This document shows positions 17,758 to 27,093 of a DNA stretch of 64,000 nucleotides, piece after piece. The notes below the pieces were generated by a model. It was not told where the DNA came from. It saw nothing but the letters and a program-made list of their open reading frames with translations, and did not search any database. A program made the translations under genes and the position numbers. The stretch spans positions 12,801 to 76,800 of the forward strand of contig JBGPLG010000007.1 in NCBI GenBank assembly GCA_041486305.1. The letters run 5' to 3'. Position 1 is the stretch's first letter, and every line of letters starts with the position of its first letter. The stretch is from Gemmatimonadota bacterium. GTDB taxonomy: Bacteria; Gemmatimonadota; Gemmatimonadetes; Gemmatimonadales; GWC2-71-9.

Positions 17758-17775
17758 TGCAAGTACCCGCTTGCA
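17758..17775. promoter_or_regulatory. Inverted repeat TGCAAG-tacccg-CTTGCA, candidate TetR operator
   Basis: These are perfect 6-nt arms, 34 nt upstream of the tetR ATG (17809). It is preceded by the direct repeat TTACGT at 17740 and 17751 (11-nt spacing). Confidence 0.4.
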
Positions 17776-17808
17776 CGGCGAACGCTTCCCGGCTACTTTG
17801 GGCGCCCT

Positions 17809-18387
17809 ATGGATCTCCGCCAGAAGATTCTCAACGCCGCGACCGAGCTTTACGCCGAGACCGGGTTCCGGGGCACCACCACCCGGCAGATCGCCCAGCT
17901 CGCCGGGGTGAACGAGGTTACCCTCTTTCGGCACTTCGGATCCAAGACCGCCCTGCTCCACGAAGCGATTCGATGTGCGTGCGCCACCTCGGGACCGGGG
18001 GTGCTGCCCGAGACGCCGGCCCAGCCCCGCGCGGAGCTGCTGGCCTGGGCCACGCTTCATTGGGAGGAACTGTGGACCAGGCGCTCGGTGATCCGCACCG
18101 CCATGGGCGAGATCGAAGAGCACCCCGAGCTGCTGCCCCAGGAGAGCAGCGCGTCGGCCTGCGCGGGACGGGAGCTGGCCGGTTACATCGAGCGGCTTCG
18201 GTCCGCTGGGCTGGCGCGCGCCGAATTTGCCACGCCGGCGGCCGCGATGACCCTCATGGGCACTCTCTTCGCCGATGCGATGAGCCGGGATGTCATGCCG
18301 TTCGCGTACCGACTGGAACCGAAGGACGCGATCGTGCAGTACGTGGACCTGTTCGTGCGCGCGATCGGCGCCGAGGAGCGGAGATGA
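17809..18387 (+). CDS. TetR/AcrR-family transcriptional regulator
   Basis: MDLRQKILNAATELYAETGFRGTTTRQIAQLAGVNEVTLFRHFGSKTALL is the TetR HTH. The ORF track starts further upstream (17734) in non-conserved sequence. Confidence 0.9.
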   Translation: MDLRQKILNAATELYAETGFRGTTTRQIAQLAGVNEVTLFRHFGSKTALLHEAIRCACATSGPGVLPETPAQPRAELLAWATLHWEELWTRRSVIRTAMGEIEEHPELLPQESSASACAGRELAGYIERLRSAGLARAEFATPAAAMTLMGTLFADAMSRDVMPFAYRLEPKDAIVQYVDLFVRAIGAEERR

Positions 18388-19949
18388 GGCTCCCGGCGGG
18401 TGTCCTCACCGCAATTCTCGCGCTGGGCAGCGCGACGCCGGCGCTGGGCCAGACCGGCGGAGAGCCGCGACCGCTCACGCTCGAGGAAGCGCTGCAGCTG
18501 GCCAAGCCCGGCAGCGAGGTCCTCGGTCTTGCCCGATCGGCCGTGAACCGCTCCCGCGGAGAGCAGCTCAGGGCCCGGAGCGAGCTGTTCCCCCAGCTGA
18601 GCGGGTCGGCCTCCTACTCCCGGCTCATCAAGTCGCAGTTCTCCAGCCTCGCCACGACCGACACCAGCGCGTCCGCGAGTCCCACCAGCTGCAACAAGTT
18701 CCTGGCCGATCCGTCGCTGCCCATCGGCGCCCGGGTGGACTCGCTGGAAAAGTCCCTGGAGTGCGTGTCGTCGGTGAATCCCTTCGGCAACCTGGGAAGC
18801 CTCCCCTTCGGGCGGGCCAATACCTACAACCTGGGCCTGTCGCTCTCCCAGACGCTGTTCAGCGGAGGCCGGGTCAGTGGGCAGATCCAGGCGGCCAACG
18901 CAGGCCGGCAGAGCGCGGAGCTCGGGCTGACCGAGACCGACGCCCAGCTCACACTCGATGTCGTGCAAGCCTACTTCGACGCGGCCCTGGGCGATCAGCT
19001 CTCGGGGATCGCGCTCACCGCCCTCGAGCAGGCCGACTCGACCCTCAAGGAGACCGAGCTGCGGCGGAGCCTCGGCACGGTTCCGGAGTTCGACCTGCTC
19101 CGCTCCCGGGTGTCCCGCGACAACCAGCGGGCCGCCGCGATCCAGCGGGCGTCGGATCGCGACCTGGCCTATCTCCGCCTCAAGCAGCTGCTGGACATCC
19201 CGGGAAACACGTCGCTTCGGCTGACCACGGTGCTGGACGATTCGGCGATGGCCGGCACTCCGTCGCTCAGCGGGCTGCTCGCCAGCGAGGGCGACACCGC
19301 CTCGGAGCACCGGGCGCCGGTGCGGCAAGCGGCCCTCGCGATCAACGCCCAGGAGGGACAGCTCAAGGCGGCCCGATCGCAAAACCTTCCCTCGGTGGCC
19401 CTGACGTCGGCCTACGGGCGGGTCGCCTACCCGGGATCGGGACTGCCCAGCTGGGGCCAGTTCCTGACCAACTGGAGCCTGGCGGTCGGGCTCACGGTGC
19501 CGCTCTTCACCGGGGGGCGGATCGCGGGGGACAAGCTGGTGGCGCACGCGAATCTGGAGGACGCCCGGCTGCGGTTCCGCCAGAGCTCGGAGTTTGCCCA
19601 GCTCGACGCGCGGAGCTCCATCCAGGAGCTCACCAGCGCGCGCGAGATCCTCCGGGCCAGTGAAGGCACCGCGGAGCAGGCGGTACGGGCGTACGACATC
19701 GCCCAGATCCGGTATCGCGAGGGTATTTCGACTCACACGGAGCTGCTCGAAGCGCGGCTCGCCCTCGAGCAGTCCCGCGCCAACCGGGCCCAGGCGGCGC
19801 GCGACGCCCTGGTCGCCCGAATGCGGATGGCGCTCCTCGCCCGTCTGCCGCTTGCCGGCGCCGCGGCAGCCCTACCCGCGTCGGCGGCCACCCGGCGCCC
19901 GGCGCAGCAGACTCAGTCTTCGGCCACGTCCGGATTCGGTATCCCATGA
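18384..19949 (+). CDS. TolC-family outer-membrane efflux protein
   Basis: It has a signal peptide (MRLPAGVLTAILALGSATPALGQ). Two OEP repeats are present (LTLEEALQLA...ELFPQLSGSASY and NLPSVALTSAYG...). The ATG overlaps the tetR stop (ATGA). Confidence 0.9.
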   Translation: MRLPAGVLTAILALGSATPALGQTGGEPRPLTLEEALQLAKPGSEVLGLARSAVNRSRGEQLRARSELFPQLSGSASYSRLIKSQFSSLATTDTSASASPTSCNKFLADPSLPIGARVDSLEKSLECVSSVNPFGNLGSLPFGRANTYNLGLSLSQTLFSGGRVSGQIQAANAGRQSAELGLTETDAQLTLDVVQAYFDAALGDQLSGIALTALEQADSTLKETELRRSLGTVPEFDLLRSRVSRDNQRAAAIQRASDRDLAYLRLKQLLDIPGNTSLRLTTVLDDSAMAGTPSLSGLLASEGDTASEHRAPVRQAALAINAQEGQLKAARSQNLPSVALTSAYGRVAYPGSGLPSWGQFLTNWSLAVGLTVPLFTGGRIAGDKLVAHANLEDARLRFRQSSEFAQLDARSSIQELTSAREILRASEGTAEQAVRAYDIAQIRYREGISTHTELLEARLALEQSRANRAQAARDALVARMRMALLARLPLAGAAAALPASAATRRPAQQTQSSATSGFGIP

Positions 19950-21061
19950 GCTCGACACACCGTGCCATTCTTCCCCGTCCCGCACTCCTCTGGGCGGCGT
20001 TGGCCGTGGGCGCCGCGGCATGCAACCGGGGCACCGCCGAGGCGGGTAACACGCCAGCCGAGATACCGACGGTGGTGCTTCGCGCCGACAACGTCGCGAT
20101 GGCCGCGGAGCGGGAGATCTCCAACGGTCCCTCGATAGCCGGGACGCTGGTGGCGGAGCGGCAGGCCACGCTGCGCGCCGAGGTGGCGGGGGCCGTCGTG
20201 CAGGTGTTCGCCGAGCAGGGTCAAACGGTCAAGGCCGGCCAGGTGCTCCTCCGGCTCGACGATTCGGCCATCCGCGACGCAGTCCTCTCGGCCCGGTCGC
20301 AGACCCGCACCGCCAACGAGGCGCTGGTGGTGGCGCGGCGGAACGCGGAGCGGTCGGAGCGGCTCACCCAGGCCGGCGCACTGGCCGAGCGGGACATGGA
20401 GCAGGCTCGCTGGAGCGTGATGAACGCCGAGGCCGCGCTCGCCGACGCCAACGCCCGGCTGGCCAACGCCAGCAAGCAGCTCGACAAGACCGCGATCCGG
20501 GCGCCGTTCGGCGGCGTGGTCAGCGAGCGGCAGGCCAACGCCGGCGACGTGCTGCAGGTGGGGAATCCGGCGGTCTCGATGGTGGATCCGGCCAGCCTTC
20601 GACTGGAGGCGACGGTCCCGGTGAGCGCGCTGGCGGTGCTCAAGACGGGGACGGAAGTGGATTTCGGCGTGAGCGGCTACGAGGGCAGGTCCTTCATCGG
20701 GCGGGTGGAGCGGATCAACCCGGCGGTGGACCCCGCAACCCGGCAGGTCCGCATCTACGTCGGCATTCCCAACAGCGCGGGCCGCCTGGTGGCCGGGCTC
20801 TTCGCGCAGGGACGGGTCTCGACCGAGCAGCGCCGTGCCCTCGCGATTCCGCTGACCGGGATCGATTTCAAGACCACGACGCCGTCGGTGCGCCGGCTGC
20901 GCGGCGGCCGGGTGGAGCTGGTGACGGTCGAGCTGGGCATGCAGGACGACGTGCTTCAGCTGGTGGAGATCCGTTCCGGGCTCGCTCCCGGCGACACCGT
21001 GCTGGTCGGACCCGGGGCGGGCGTCGCCGTCGGCACGCCGGTCCGGATCACCAAGGAGTGA
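19946..21061 (+). CDS. RND efflux periplasmic adaptor (MFP/HlyD family)
   Basis: 371 aa. Motifs: GTLVAERQATLRAEVAGAVVQV...GQTVKAGQVLLRLDD, a coiled-coil segment, then IRAPFGGVVSERQANAGDVL. It has an ATGA overlap with tolC. Confidence 0.9.
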   Translation: MSSTHRAILPRPALLWAALAVGAAACNRGTAEAGNTPAEIPTVVLRADNVAMAAEREISNGPSIAGTLVAERQATLRAEVAGAVVQVFAEQGQTVKAGQVLLRLDDSAIRDAVLSARSQTRTANEALVVARRNAERSERLTQAGALAERDMEQARWSVMNAEAALADANARLANASKQLDKTAIRAPFGGVVSERQANAGDVLQVGNPAVSMVDPASLRLEATVPVSALAVLKTGTEVDFGVSGYEGRSFIGRVERINPAVDPATRQVRIYVGIPNSAGRLVAGLFAQGRVSTEQRRALAIPLTGIDFKTTTPSVRRLRGGRVELVTVELGMQDDVLQLVEIRSGLAPGDTVLVGPGAGVAVGTPVRITKE

Positions 21062-21067
21062 CGGCCC

Positions 21068-24000
21068 ATGTTCATTTCCGATAGCGCCATCCGCCGGCCG
21101 GTCATCACCGTCGTGGTGATGATGGCACTGGTGGTGTTCGGCCTCTTCGCGCTCCTCACGCTCAAGACCGACGAGTACCCCGATGTGGCGCCGCCCTACG
21201 TGAGCGTGGGCCTTCCCTACCCGGGCGCGTCACCCGAGACGGTAGAGAAGGAAGTGCTCGATCCGGTCGAGGAGGCGATCTCCTCGATCACCGGCGTCAA
21301 GAAGGTGAACGGGAAGGCGATGGACGGATACGGGACCATCCTCATCGAGTTCCAGTTCACCAAGCCGCTGGCGGAGGCGACCCAGGACATCCGGGACGCG
21401 ATCTCCGGTATCCGGAACGATCTGCCCCCCGAGATGAAGGAACCGATCATCCGGAAGATGAACGATACCGACCGGCCGGTCGTGTCCATCGCGCTGTCCT
21501 CCTCGACGCTGGCGCCCCGGGAGCTGACCCGGATCGCCGATCCGGGAATCACCCGCGAGCTGCGCTCGATCCCCGGTGTGGCCGAGGTCGGCGTGTCCGG
21601 CAAGCAGGTCCGGGAGCTCACCGTGGAGCTCAAGCCGGAGGCGCTCCAGGCCACCGGGGTGAGCGTCGCCCAGGTGGTCCAGGCGCTCCAGCTGCAGAAC
21701 CTCGCCGCGCCGGTGGGGCGGCTGGACGGCGCGCTCGAGGAGCGGTCGATCCGGCTCAAGGGCCGGCTCGAAACGCCGGGTGAATTCGAGCAGCTGGTCG
21801 TGGCCGACCGGGGCAATGGCCGGCTGATCCGGCTGGGAGACCTGGCCGTCGTCAAGGACGGCGCCGAGGACCCGCGCACCCTGGCGATGTACAACGAGCG
21901 CGTGGCCGTCGGGATCGACATCAAGAAATCGAAGGGGTACAGCACCACCGAGGTGAGTGACGCGGTGATGGCCCGGCTCGCGAAGGTCCGGAAGACGCTT
22001 CCCTCCAACGTGAAGCTCGACATCGTCAAGGACGCGGCGATCCGGGTAGCCCATTCCGTGGCCGACGTGCAGAAGACCCTGTTCCTGGGAGCGCTGCTCA
22101 CGATCCTGGTGGTATTCCTGTTCCTCAACTCGTGGCGCTCGACCGTCATCACCGGCCTGGCGCTGCCGGTGTCCGTGCTGGCCGCGTTCATTGCGGTGTG
22201 GCTCTGGGGCTTCACGCTCAACACCATGTCCCTACTCGGGCTCTCGCTGGCCATCGGCATCCTGATCGACGATGCGATCGTGGTCCGGGAGAACATCGTG
22301 CGGCACGTGGAAATGGGGAAAGACCATGTCACCGCCGCCCACGAGGGCACCGACGAGATCGGGCTGGCCGTGACCGCGACCACGCTATCGATCCTCGCGG
22401 TATTCGTGCCGATCGCCTTCCTGCCGGGCCTCTCGGGCCAGTGGTTCAAGCCGTTCGGCCTGACCATGGCGTGCGCGGTGGCGGTGTCGCTCCTGGTGTC
22501 GTTCTCGCTCGACCCGATGCTCTCGGCCTACTGGCCCGATCCGCACCGGACCGAGGAGAAGAAACCCTGGATCACGAGGAAGCTCGACCGGTTCAACGCG
22601 GCGTTCGGCCGGATGGCGGTTCGCTACAAGCGGGTTATCGCCTGGGCGCTGGACCACCGGCTCGCGGTGGTGGGACTGTCGGTGGGAACCTTCGTTTTCG
22701 CGCTGGCGATGCCGGCCCTGGGGCTCGTGGGCACCAGCTTCATTCCGGTGGACGACAAGTCCGAATTCACCGTGCAGCTGGAGACCCCGCCGGGCTCCAA
22801 TCTCGAGTACACCCGGCGCAAGGCTGAGGAGGTGGGCAAGCTGATCCGGGCCCACGCCGAGATCCGCTACACCTATACCACACTCGGCACCGGGCAGACC
22901 GGTGCGGTGGACGAGGGCCTGATCTACGTCAAGATGACGCCCAAGCACGAGCGCCGGATCTCGGCCGAGCAATTCGCCGGCATCGTGCGGGGCGAGATCC
23001 GCAGCGTGGCCGGGGTCCGGCTGGCGGTGTTCACCAGCGATATCGGCGGGGGCCGGAAGCAGCTCCAGCTCGAAGTGCGCGGCAGCGACCTGGCGTCCCT
23101 CAACGCCGTCGCCGAGCGGGTGCAGGCCGAGATCCAGCAGGTTCCCAATGCGGTGGACCTTGCGCTGTCGACCAAGGGGCAGAAGCCGGAGATCAACGTG
23201 GACGTGGACCGGGGCATCGCCGGGAGCCTGGGCGTCACCGTGGGACAGGTGGCCCAGTCGCTCCGCCCGGCCTTCGCCGGGATCGACGCCGGAGACTGGC
23301 TGGATCCGAGCGGGGAGACCCGCGACGTCATGGTGCGGCTCGCGCCGGAGGCGCGCCAGCGGCTCACCGATCTTCGCGACCTGCCGCTGGTCATTCCCGG
23401 CACGGCGAGCTCCGCACCCACGACCGTGCCGCTGGGCCAGGTGGCGAGGATCACCCAGGGAATCGGCCCGGCGGTGATCGACCATCTCAACCGGGACCTG
23501 GTGGTCATCGTGGGCTGGAACGCCTCGGGCCGCTCCACCGGTGAGGTCATGGCCGACGCGCAGGCCCGGGTGGCCAGGATCGTCCTTCCCGACGGCGTCG
23601 CCATCACCCAGGGCGGCGACGCGGCGCAGCAGACCGAGATCTTCGGGAACATCTTCCTGGCGCTCGGCGTGGCGGCGCTGTTCATGTACCTGATCCTGGC
23701 GATCCAGTTCGGGTCGTTTGTCGATCCGCTGGCCATCATGCTGTCGCTGCCGCTGTCCCTGATCGGGGTCATGCTGGCCCTGGCGGTGACCGGAACCTCG
23801 ATCAACATCATGAGCCTGATCGGGGTTATCCTGCTGATGGGCATCGTGGCCAAGAACGCGATCCTCCTGGTCGACTTCGCCAAATGGTCGCGGGAGCGGG
23901 ACGGCAAGCCGCTCCGCGAGGCGCTGATCGAGGCCGGGGCGATCCGGCTCCGGCCGATCCTGATGACGACCTTCGCGCTGGTGGCCGGCATGATGCCGAT

Positions 24001-24217
24001 CGCGCTGGGCACCGGCGAGGGCTCCCAGTTCCGGGCTCCGCTCGGGGTCGCGGTGATCGGCGGGGTGATCACCTCGACGCTGCTCACCCTGGTGGCCATC
24101 CCGACCTATTACGAGATTCTGGACGAGACCCGGGAACGGCTGTTCCACCTGTCGGCCCGGATCTTCCGGGGCCGGCGGAGTCCCGCGGCTTCCGCACCGA
24201 TCCCCGAGGATTCCTGA
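21068..24217 (+). CDS. RND efflux permease (AcrB/HAE family)
   Basis: 1049 aa. It begins [25 protein letters not shown] and contains [23 protein letters not shown], with 12-TM topology and two large periplasmic loops. Confidence 0.95.
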   Translation: MFISDSAIRRPVITVVVMMALVVFGLFALLTLKTDEYPDVAPPYVSVGLPYPGASPETVEKEVLDPVEEAISSITGVKKVNGKAMDGYGTILIEFQFTKPLAEATQDIRDAISGIRNDLPPEMKEPIIRKMNDTDRPVVSIALSSSTLAPRELTRIADPGITRELRSIPGVAEVGVSGKQVRELTVELKPEALQATGVSVAQVVQALQLQNLAAPVGRLDGALEERSIRLKGRLETPGEFEQLVVADRGNGRLIRLGDLAVVKDGAEDPRTLAMYNERVAVGIDIKKSKGYSTTEVSDAVMARLAKVRKTLPSNVKLDIVKDAAIRVAHSVADVQKTLFLGALLTILVVFLFLNSWRSTVITGLALPVSVLAAFIAVWLWGFTLNTMSLLGLSLAIGILIDDAIVVRENIVRHVEMGKDHVTAAHEGTDEIGLAVTATTLSILAVFVPIAFLPGLSGQWFKPFGLTMACAVAVSLLVSFSLDPMLSAYWPDPHRTEEKKPWITRKLDRFNAAFGRMAVRYKRVIAWALDHRLAVVGLSVGTFVFALAMPALGLVGTSFIPVDDKSEFTVQLETPPGSNLEYTRRKAEEVGKLIRAHAEIRYTYTTLGTGQTGAVDEGLIYVKMTPKHERRISAEQFAGIVRGEIRSVAGVRLAVFTSDIGGGRKQLQLEVRGSDLASLNAVAERVQAEIQQVPNAVDLALSTKGQKPEINVDVDRGIAGSLGVTVGQVAQSLRPAFAGIDAGDWLDPSGETRDVMVRLAPEARQRLTDLRDLPLVIPGTASSAPTTVPLGQVARITQGIGPAVIDHLNRDLVVIVGWNASGRSTGEVMADAQARVARIVLPDGVAITQGGDAAQQTEIFGNIFLALGVAALFMYLILAIQFGSFVDPLAIMLSLPLSLIGVMLALAVTGTSINIMSLIGVILLMGIVAKNAILLVDFAKWSRERDGKPLREALIEAGAIRLRPILMTTFALVAGMMPIALGTGEGSQFRAPLGVAVIGGVITSTLLTLVAIPTYYEILDETRERLFHLSARIFRGRRSPAASAPIPEDS

Positions 24218-24693
24218 TGAGCATCCCGGTTCCCCGCACCCGCAACGCGATGATCAAGGATTCGCCCGACCACCATGACGCCGAACTGGTGCTGCGGCTC
24301 TATGACCTCCGCCGCGAGGCCACCATGCGGGACTCCCGCCGCTATTTGACGGCGGAGTTCTGGCCCCGGAGCGCGGAAGACCTGCTCGCGGTGATCAAGC
24401 CCGATCATCCCGGCAACACCGCGTACCGGCAGGTGGTCGGGTACTGGGAGATGGCATACGGCATGGCCCGGCACGGGATCATCAATCCCGACTACCTGGC
24501 CGAGAATTCGGGCGAGGGGATCTTCCTCTTCGCCAAGGTGCAGCCCTGGCTGGGCGACCTCCGCGCGGCGAGTTCGCCCAAGAGCCTCCGCAACACCGAA
24601 TGGATCAGCACCCAGTGCCAGGAAGGGCGGGACCTGTTCGCCTATTTCCGTCAGCGGGTCGAGAAGGCGCTGGCCGCCCGACGGGGCTCCTGA
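24217..24693 (+). CDS. Conserved-looking cytoplasmic protein of unknown function (158 aa)
   Basis: [44 protein letters not shown]...YRQVVGYWEMAYGMARHGIINPDYL. Its ATG shares one nt with the RND stop, and its stop shares one nt with the next ATG (TGATG at both ends). I recognise no family. Confidence 0.55.
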   Translation: MSIPVPRTRNAMIKDSPDHHDAELVLRLYDLRREATMRDSRRYLTAEFWPRSAEDLLAVIKPDHPGNTAYRQVVGYWEMAYGMARHGIINPDYLAENSGEGIFLFAKVQPWLGDLRAASSPKSLRNTEWISTQCQEGRDLFAYFRQRVEKALAARRGS

Positions 24694-26546
24694 TGGCCGA
24701 GCCGGAGAAGAAGCCGAAGAAGAAGATCACCCTCGGCGTCGCATGGCGCGAGGCCCGGGAGCTGATCTGGCGCTACCGGAGCCGGATGGCGCTCGGGTTC
24801 CTCATCATGCTGGTGAATCAGGTGGCGGGACTGGTGCTGCCCGCCAGCTCGAAGTTCCTCATCGACAACGTCATCAAGGGCGGACAGCGGCATCTGCTCC
24901 TGCCCATCGCACTGGCGGTCCTGGGGGCGACGGTGATCCAGGCCGCCACCTCGTTCTCGCTGGTGCGGGTGCTCGGGGTCGCCGCGCAGCGGGCGATCAC
25001 CGACCTCCGCCGCGAAGTCCAGGCCCACGTGCTCCGGCTACCGGTGCGCTACTTCGACTCGACCCAGACCGGCATCCTGCTTTCCCGGGTGATGAACGAC
25101 GCCGAAGGGATCCGGAACCTGGTCGGCACCGGGCTGGTGCAGCTGGCGGGCGGGCTGGTCAAGGCCGCCATCGCCATGGCCGCGCTCTTCTGGCTCAACT
25201 GGCGCCTCACCACCGGGACGCTGGTGGTGCTGCTGATCTTCGCCGGCGGGATGGCCTTCGCCTTCACCAAGCTGCGCCCGATCTTCCGGGAGCGGAACAA
25301 GCTTATGGCCGCGGTGAGCGGCCGGCTCACCGAGTCCTTCGGCGGCATCCGCATCGTCAAGTCGTATGTGGCGGAGCGGCGGGAAGACTACGTCTTCACC
25401 AAGGGCATCAATTCCCTGTTTCGCAACGTGGCCACCACGATGATCGGGGTCGGTGGCGTCACCGCGCTCTCCACCGTGGTAGTCGGCGCGATCGGCGCCC
25501 TGATGATCTGGGTCGGCGGCAACGACATCATCGGCGGGAAGATGACCCTGGGCGATTTCGTCATGTACATCTTCTTCACCGGCCTGATGGCGGCCCCGCT
25601 GATCCAGATCGCGTCCATCGGAACCCAGGTCACTGAGGCCTTCGCCGGACTGGACCGGATCCGCGAGATCCGCTCGATGCGCACCGAAGACGACGAGGAC
25701 GCGACCCGGCTGCCGCTGCCCAGCGTGCTGGGCGAGGTGGCGTTCGACGACGTCACCTTCGAGTATACCGAGGGTGTCCCGGTCCTGAAGCACATTTCCT
25801 TCCGCGCGCCCGCCGGCTCCACCACCGCGCTGGTCGGCTCGAGCGGCTCGGGCAAGAGCACGCTCATGAGCCTGGTCATGGCGTTCAACCGCCCCACGCA
25901 GGGCGTGGTGTTCCTGGACGGGAAGGATCTCGCCAGCCTCCGGCTGCACGATTATCGCAGCCGGCTCGGCATCGTGCTGCAGGACAACTTCCTCTTCGAC
26001 GGCACCCTGGCCGACAACATCCGCTTCAGCCGGCCCGGCGCCACCATGGAGGATGTGCGGAGGGTGAGCCACGTGGCCCACTGCGACGAATTCATCGACG
26101 GCTTCGAGAAGAAGTACGACACGATCGTGGGAGAGCGCGGTGTCAGGCTGTCGGGCGGGCAACGGCAGCGGGTGGCGATCGCGCGGGCCATCCTGGCGGA
26201 CCCGGCCGTGCTCCTGCTCGACGAGGCGACCTCGAGCCTGGACAGCGAGAGCGAGGCCCTGATCCAGGACGGGCTCCGGGCCCTCCGGGCCGGCCGGACC
26301 ACGTTCGTGATCGCGCACCGGCTCTCCACCATCATGAGCGCCGATCAGATCCTGGTGCTGGAGGCCGGAGAGATCGTCGAGCGGGGAACCCACTCGCAGC
26401 TGCTGGCGGCGGACGGACGCTACCGCCAGCTCTACGACAAGCAGTTCCGCCTGGAGCGGAACCGCTTCATCAACCCGGGAGAGGACTTCACGCCCGAGCC
26501 GGATCCCGTCGTGGCCGCGGGGCCGCGGAGGTCCGGCTCGGACTAG
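24693..26546 (+). CDS. ABC exporter, fused permease/ATPase (MsbA/lipid-A-exporter-like half transporter)
   Basis: It has a six-TM domain followed by an NBD. NBD motifs: Walker A GSSGSGKST, signature LSGGQRQRVAIARA, Walker B LLLDEATSSLD, and H-loop FVIAHRLST. Confidence 0.9.
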   Translation: MAEPEKKPKKKITLGVAWREARELIWRYRSRMALGFLIMLVNQVAGLVLPASSKFLIDNVIKGGQRHLLLPIALAVLGATVIQAATSFSLVRVLGVAAQRAITDLRREVQAHVLRLPVRYFDSTQTGILLSRVMNDAEGIRNLVGTGLVQLAGGLVKAAIAMAALFWLNWRLTTGTLVVLLIFAGGMAFAFTKLRPIFRERNKLMAAVSGRLTESFGGIRIVKSYVAERREDYVFTKGINSLFRNVATTMIGVGGVTALSTVVVGAIGALMIWVGGNDIIGGKMTLGDFVMYIFFTGLMAAPLIQIASIGTQVTEAFAGLDRIREIRSMRTEDDEDATRLPLPSVLGEVAFDDVTFEYTEGVPVLKHISFRAPAGSTTALVGSSGSGKSTLMSLVMAFNRPTQGVVFLDGKDLASLRLHDYRSRLGIVLQDNFLFDGTLADNIRFSRPGATMEDVRRVSHVAHCDEFIDGFEKKYDTIVGERGVRLSGGQRQRVAIARAILADPAVLLLDEATSSLDSESEALIQDGLRALRAGRTTFVIAHRLSTIMSADQILVLEAGEIVERGTHSQLLAADGRYRQLYDKQFRLERNRFINPGEDFTPEPDPVVAAGPRRSGSD

Positions 26547-26555
26547 GGCACTCCG

Positions 26556-27071
26556 CTACGGCTTGGGCGCCGGCGCGGCCATCGCCATGTTGTCGCTGTT
26601 CCAGATGTTGTCCACCAGCATCCACTTGTCACCCACCTTGCGCCAGCTGGTGACATACTTTCCGTTGTCCTTGATCGGCTCCTTCGCGCCCGGCGTCATC
26701 AGGCTGAAGGTCCAGGTGCCGGTTTCGACCGCCAGCGGCCCGCTCGCCTCCAGCGAGACCGTCGTCAGCGTCAGGGAGGGCGTGCTGCCCGCCATCGTGG
26801 CCAGGGCCGACGTGATCGCGGTACGTCCCACCGCGGCCGGGGCGTTCGGCGCCATCATGCGGCCATCCTCCGCGAACAACGCCGCCAGTGAATCAGGATG
26901 GAGCGCGTTGAAGTGAGCCACGTACTGGGCATTCACCGCGTCGATGGCGCTTCGTGCCGCTGCGGTCTCCGCCATGCCGTTCCCCGCCTCTGCCACCGGG
27001 GCCGCCTTGGGCCCGCAGGCCGCCGCCGCAACCAACCCGCCCACCGCGATCACCCGCACCATTCGAAGCAT
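26556..27071 (-). CDS. SnoaL-like/DUF4440 (NTF2-fold) lipoprotein
   Basis: It starts [19 protein letters not shown] (lipobox) and ends ...[26 protein letters not shown], the characteristic DUF4440 C-terminus. Confidence 0.65.
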   Translation of the reverse strand: MLRMVRVIAVGGLVAAAACGPKAAPVAEAGNGMAETAAARSAIDAVNAQYVAHFNALHPDSLAALFAEDGRMMAPNAPAAVGRTAITSALATMAGSTPSLTLTTVSLEASGPLAVETGTWTFSLMTPGAKEPIKDNGKYVTSWRKVGDKWMLVDNIWNSDNMAMAAPAPKP

Positions 27072-27093
27072 ACGTCCTCTCTCTCTGGTTAAG

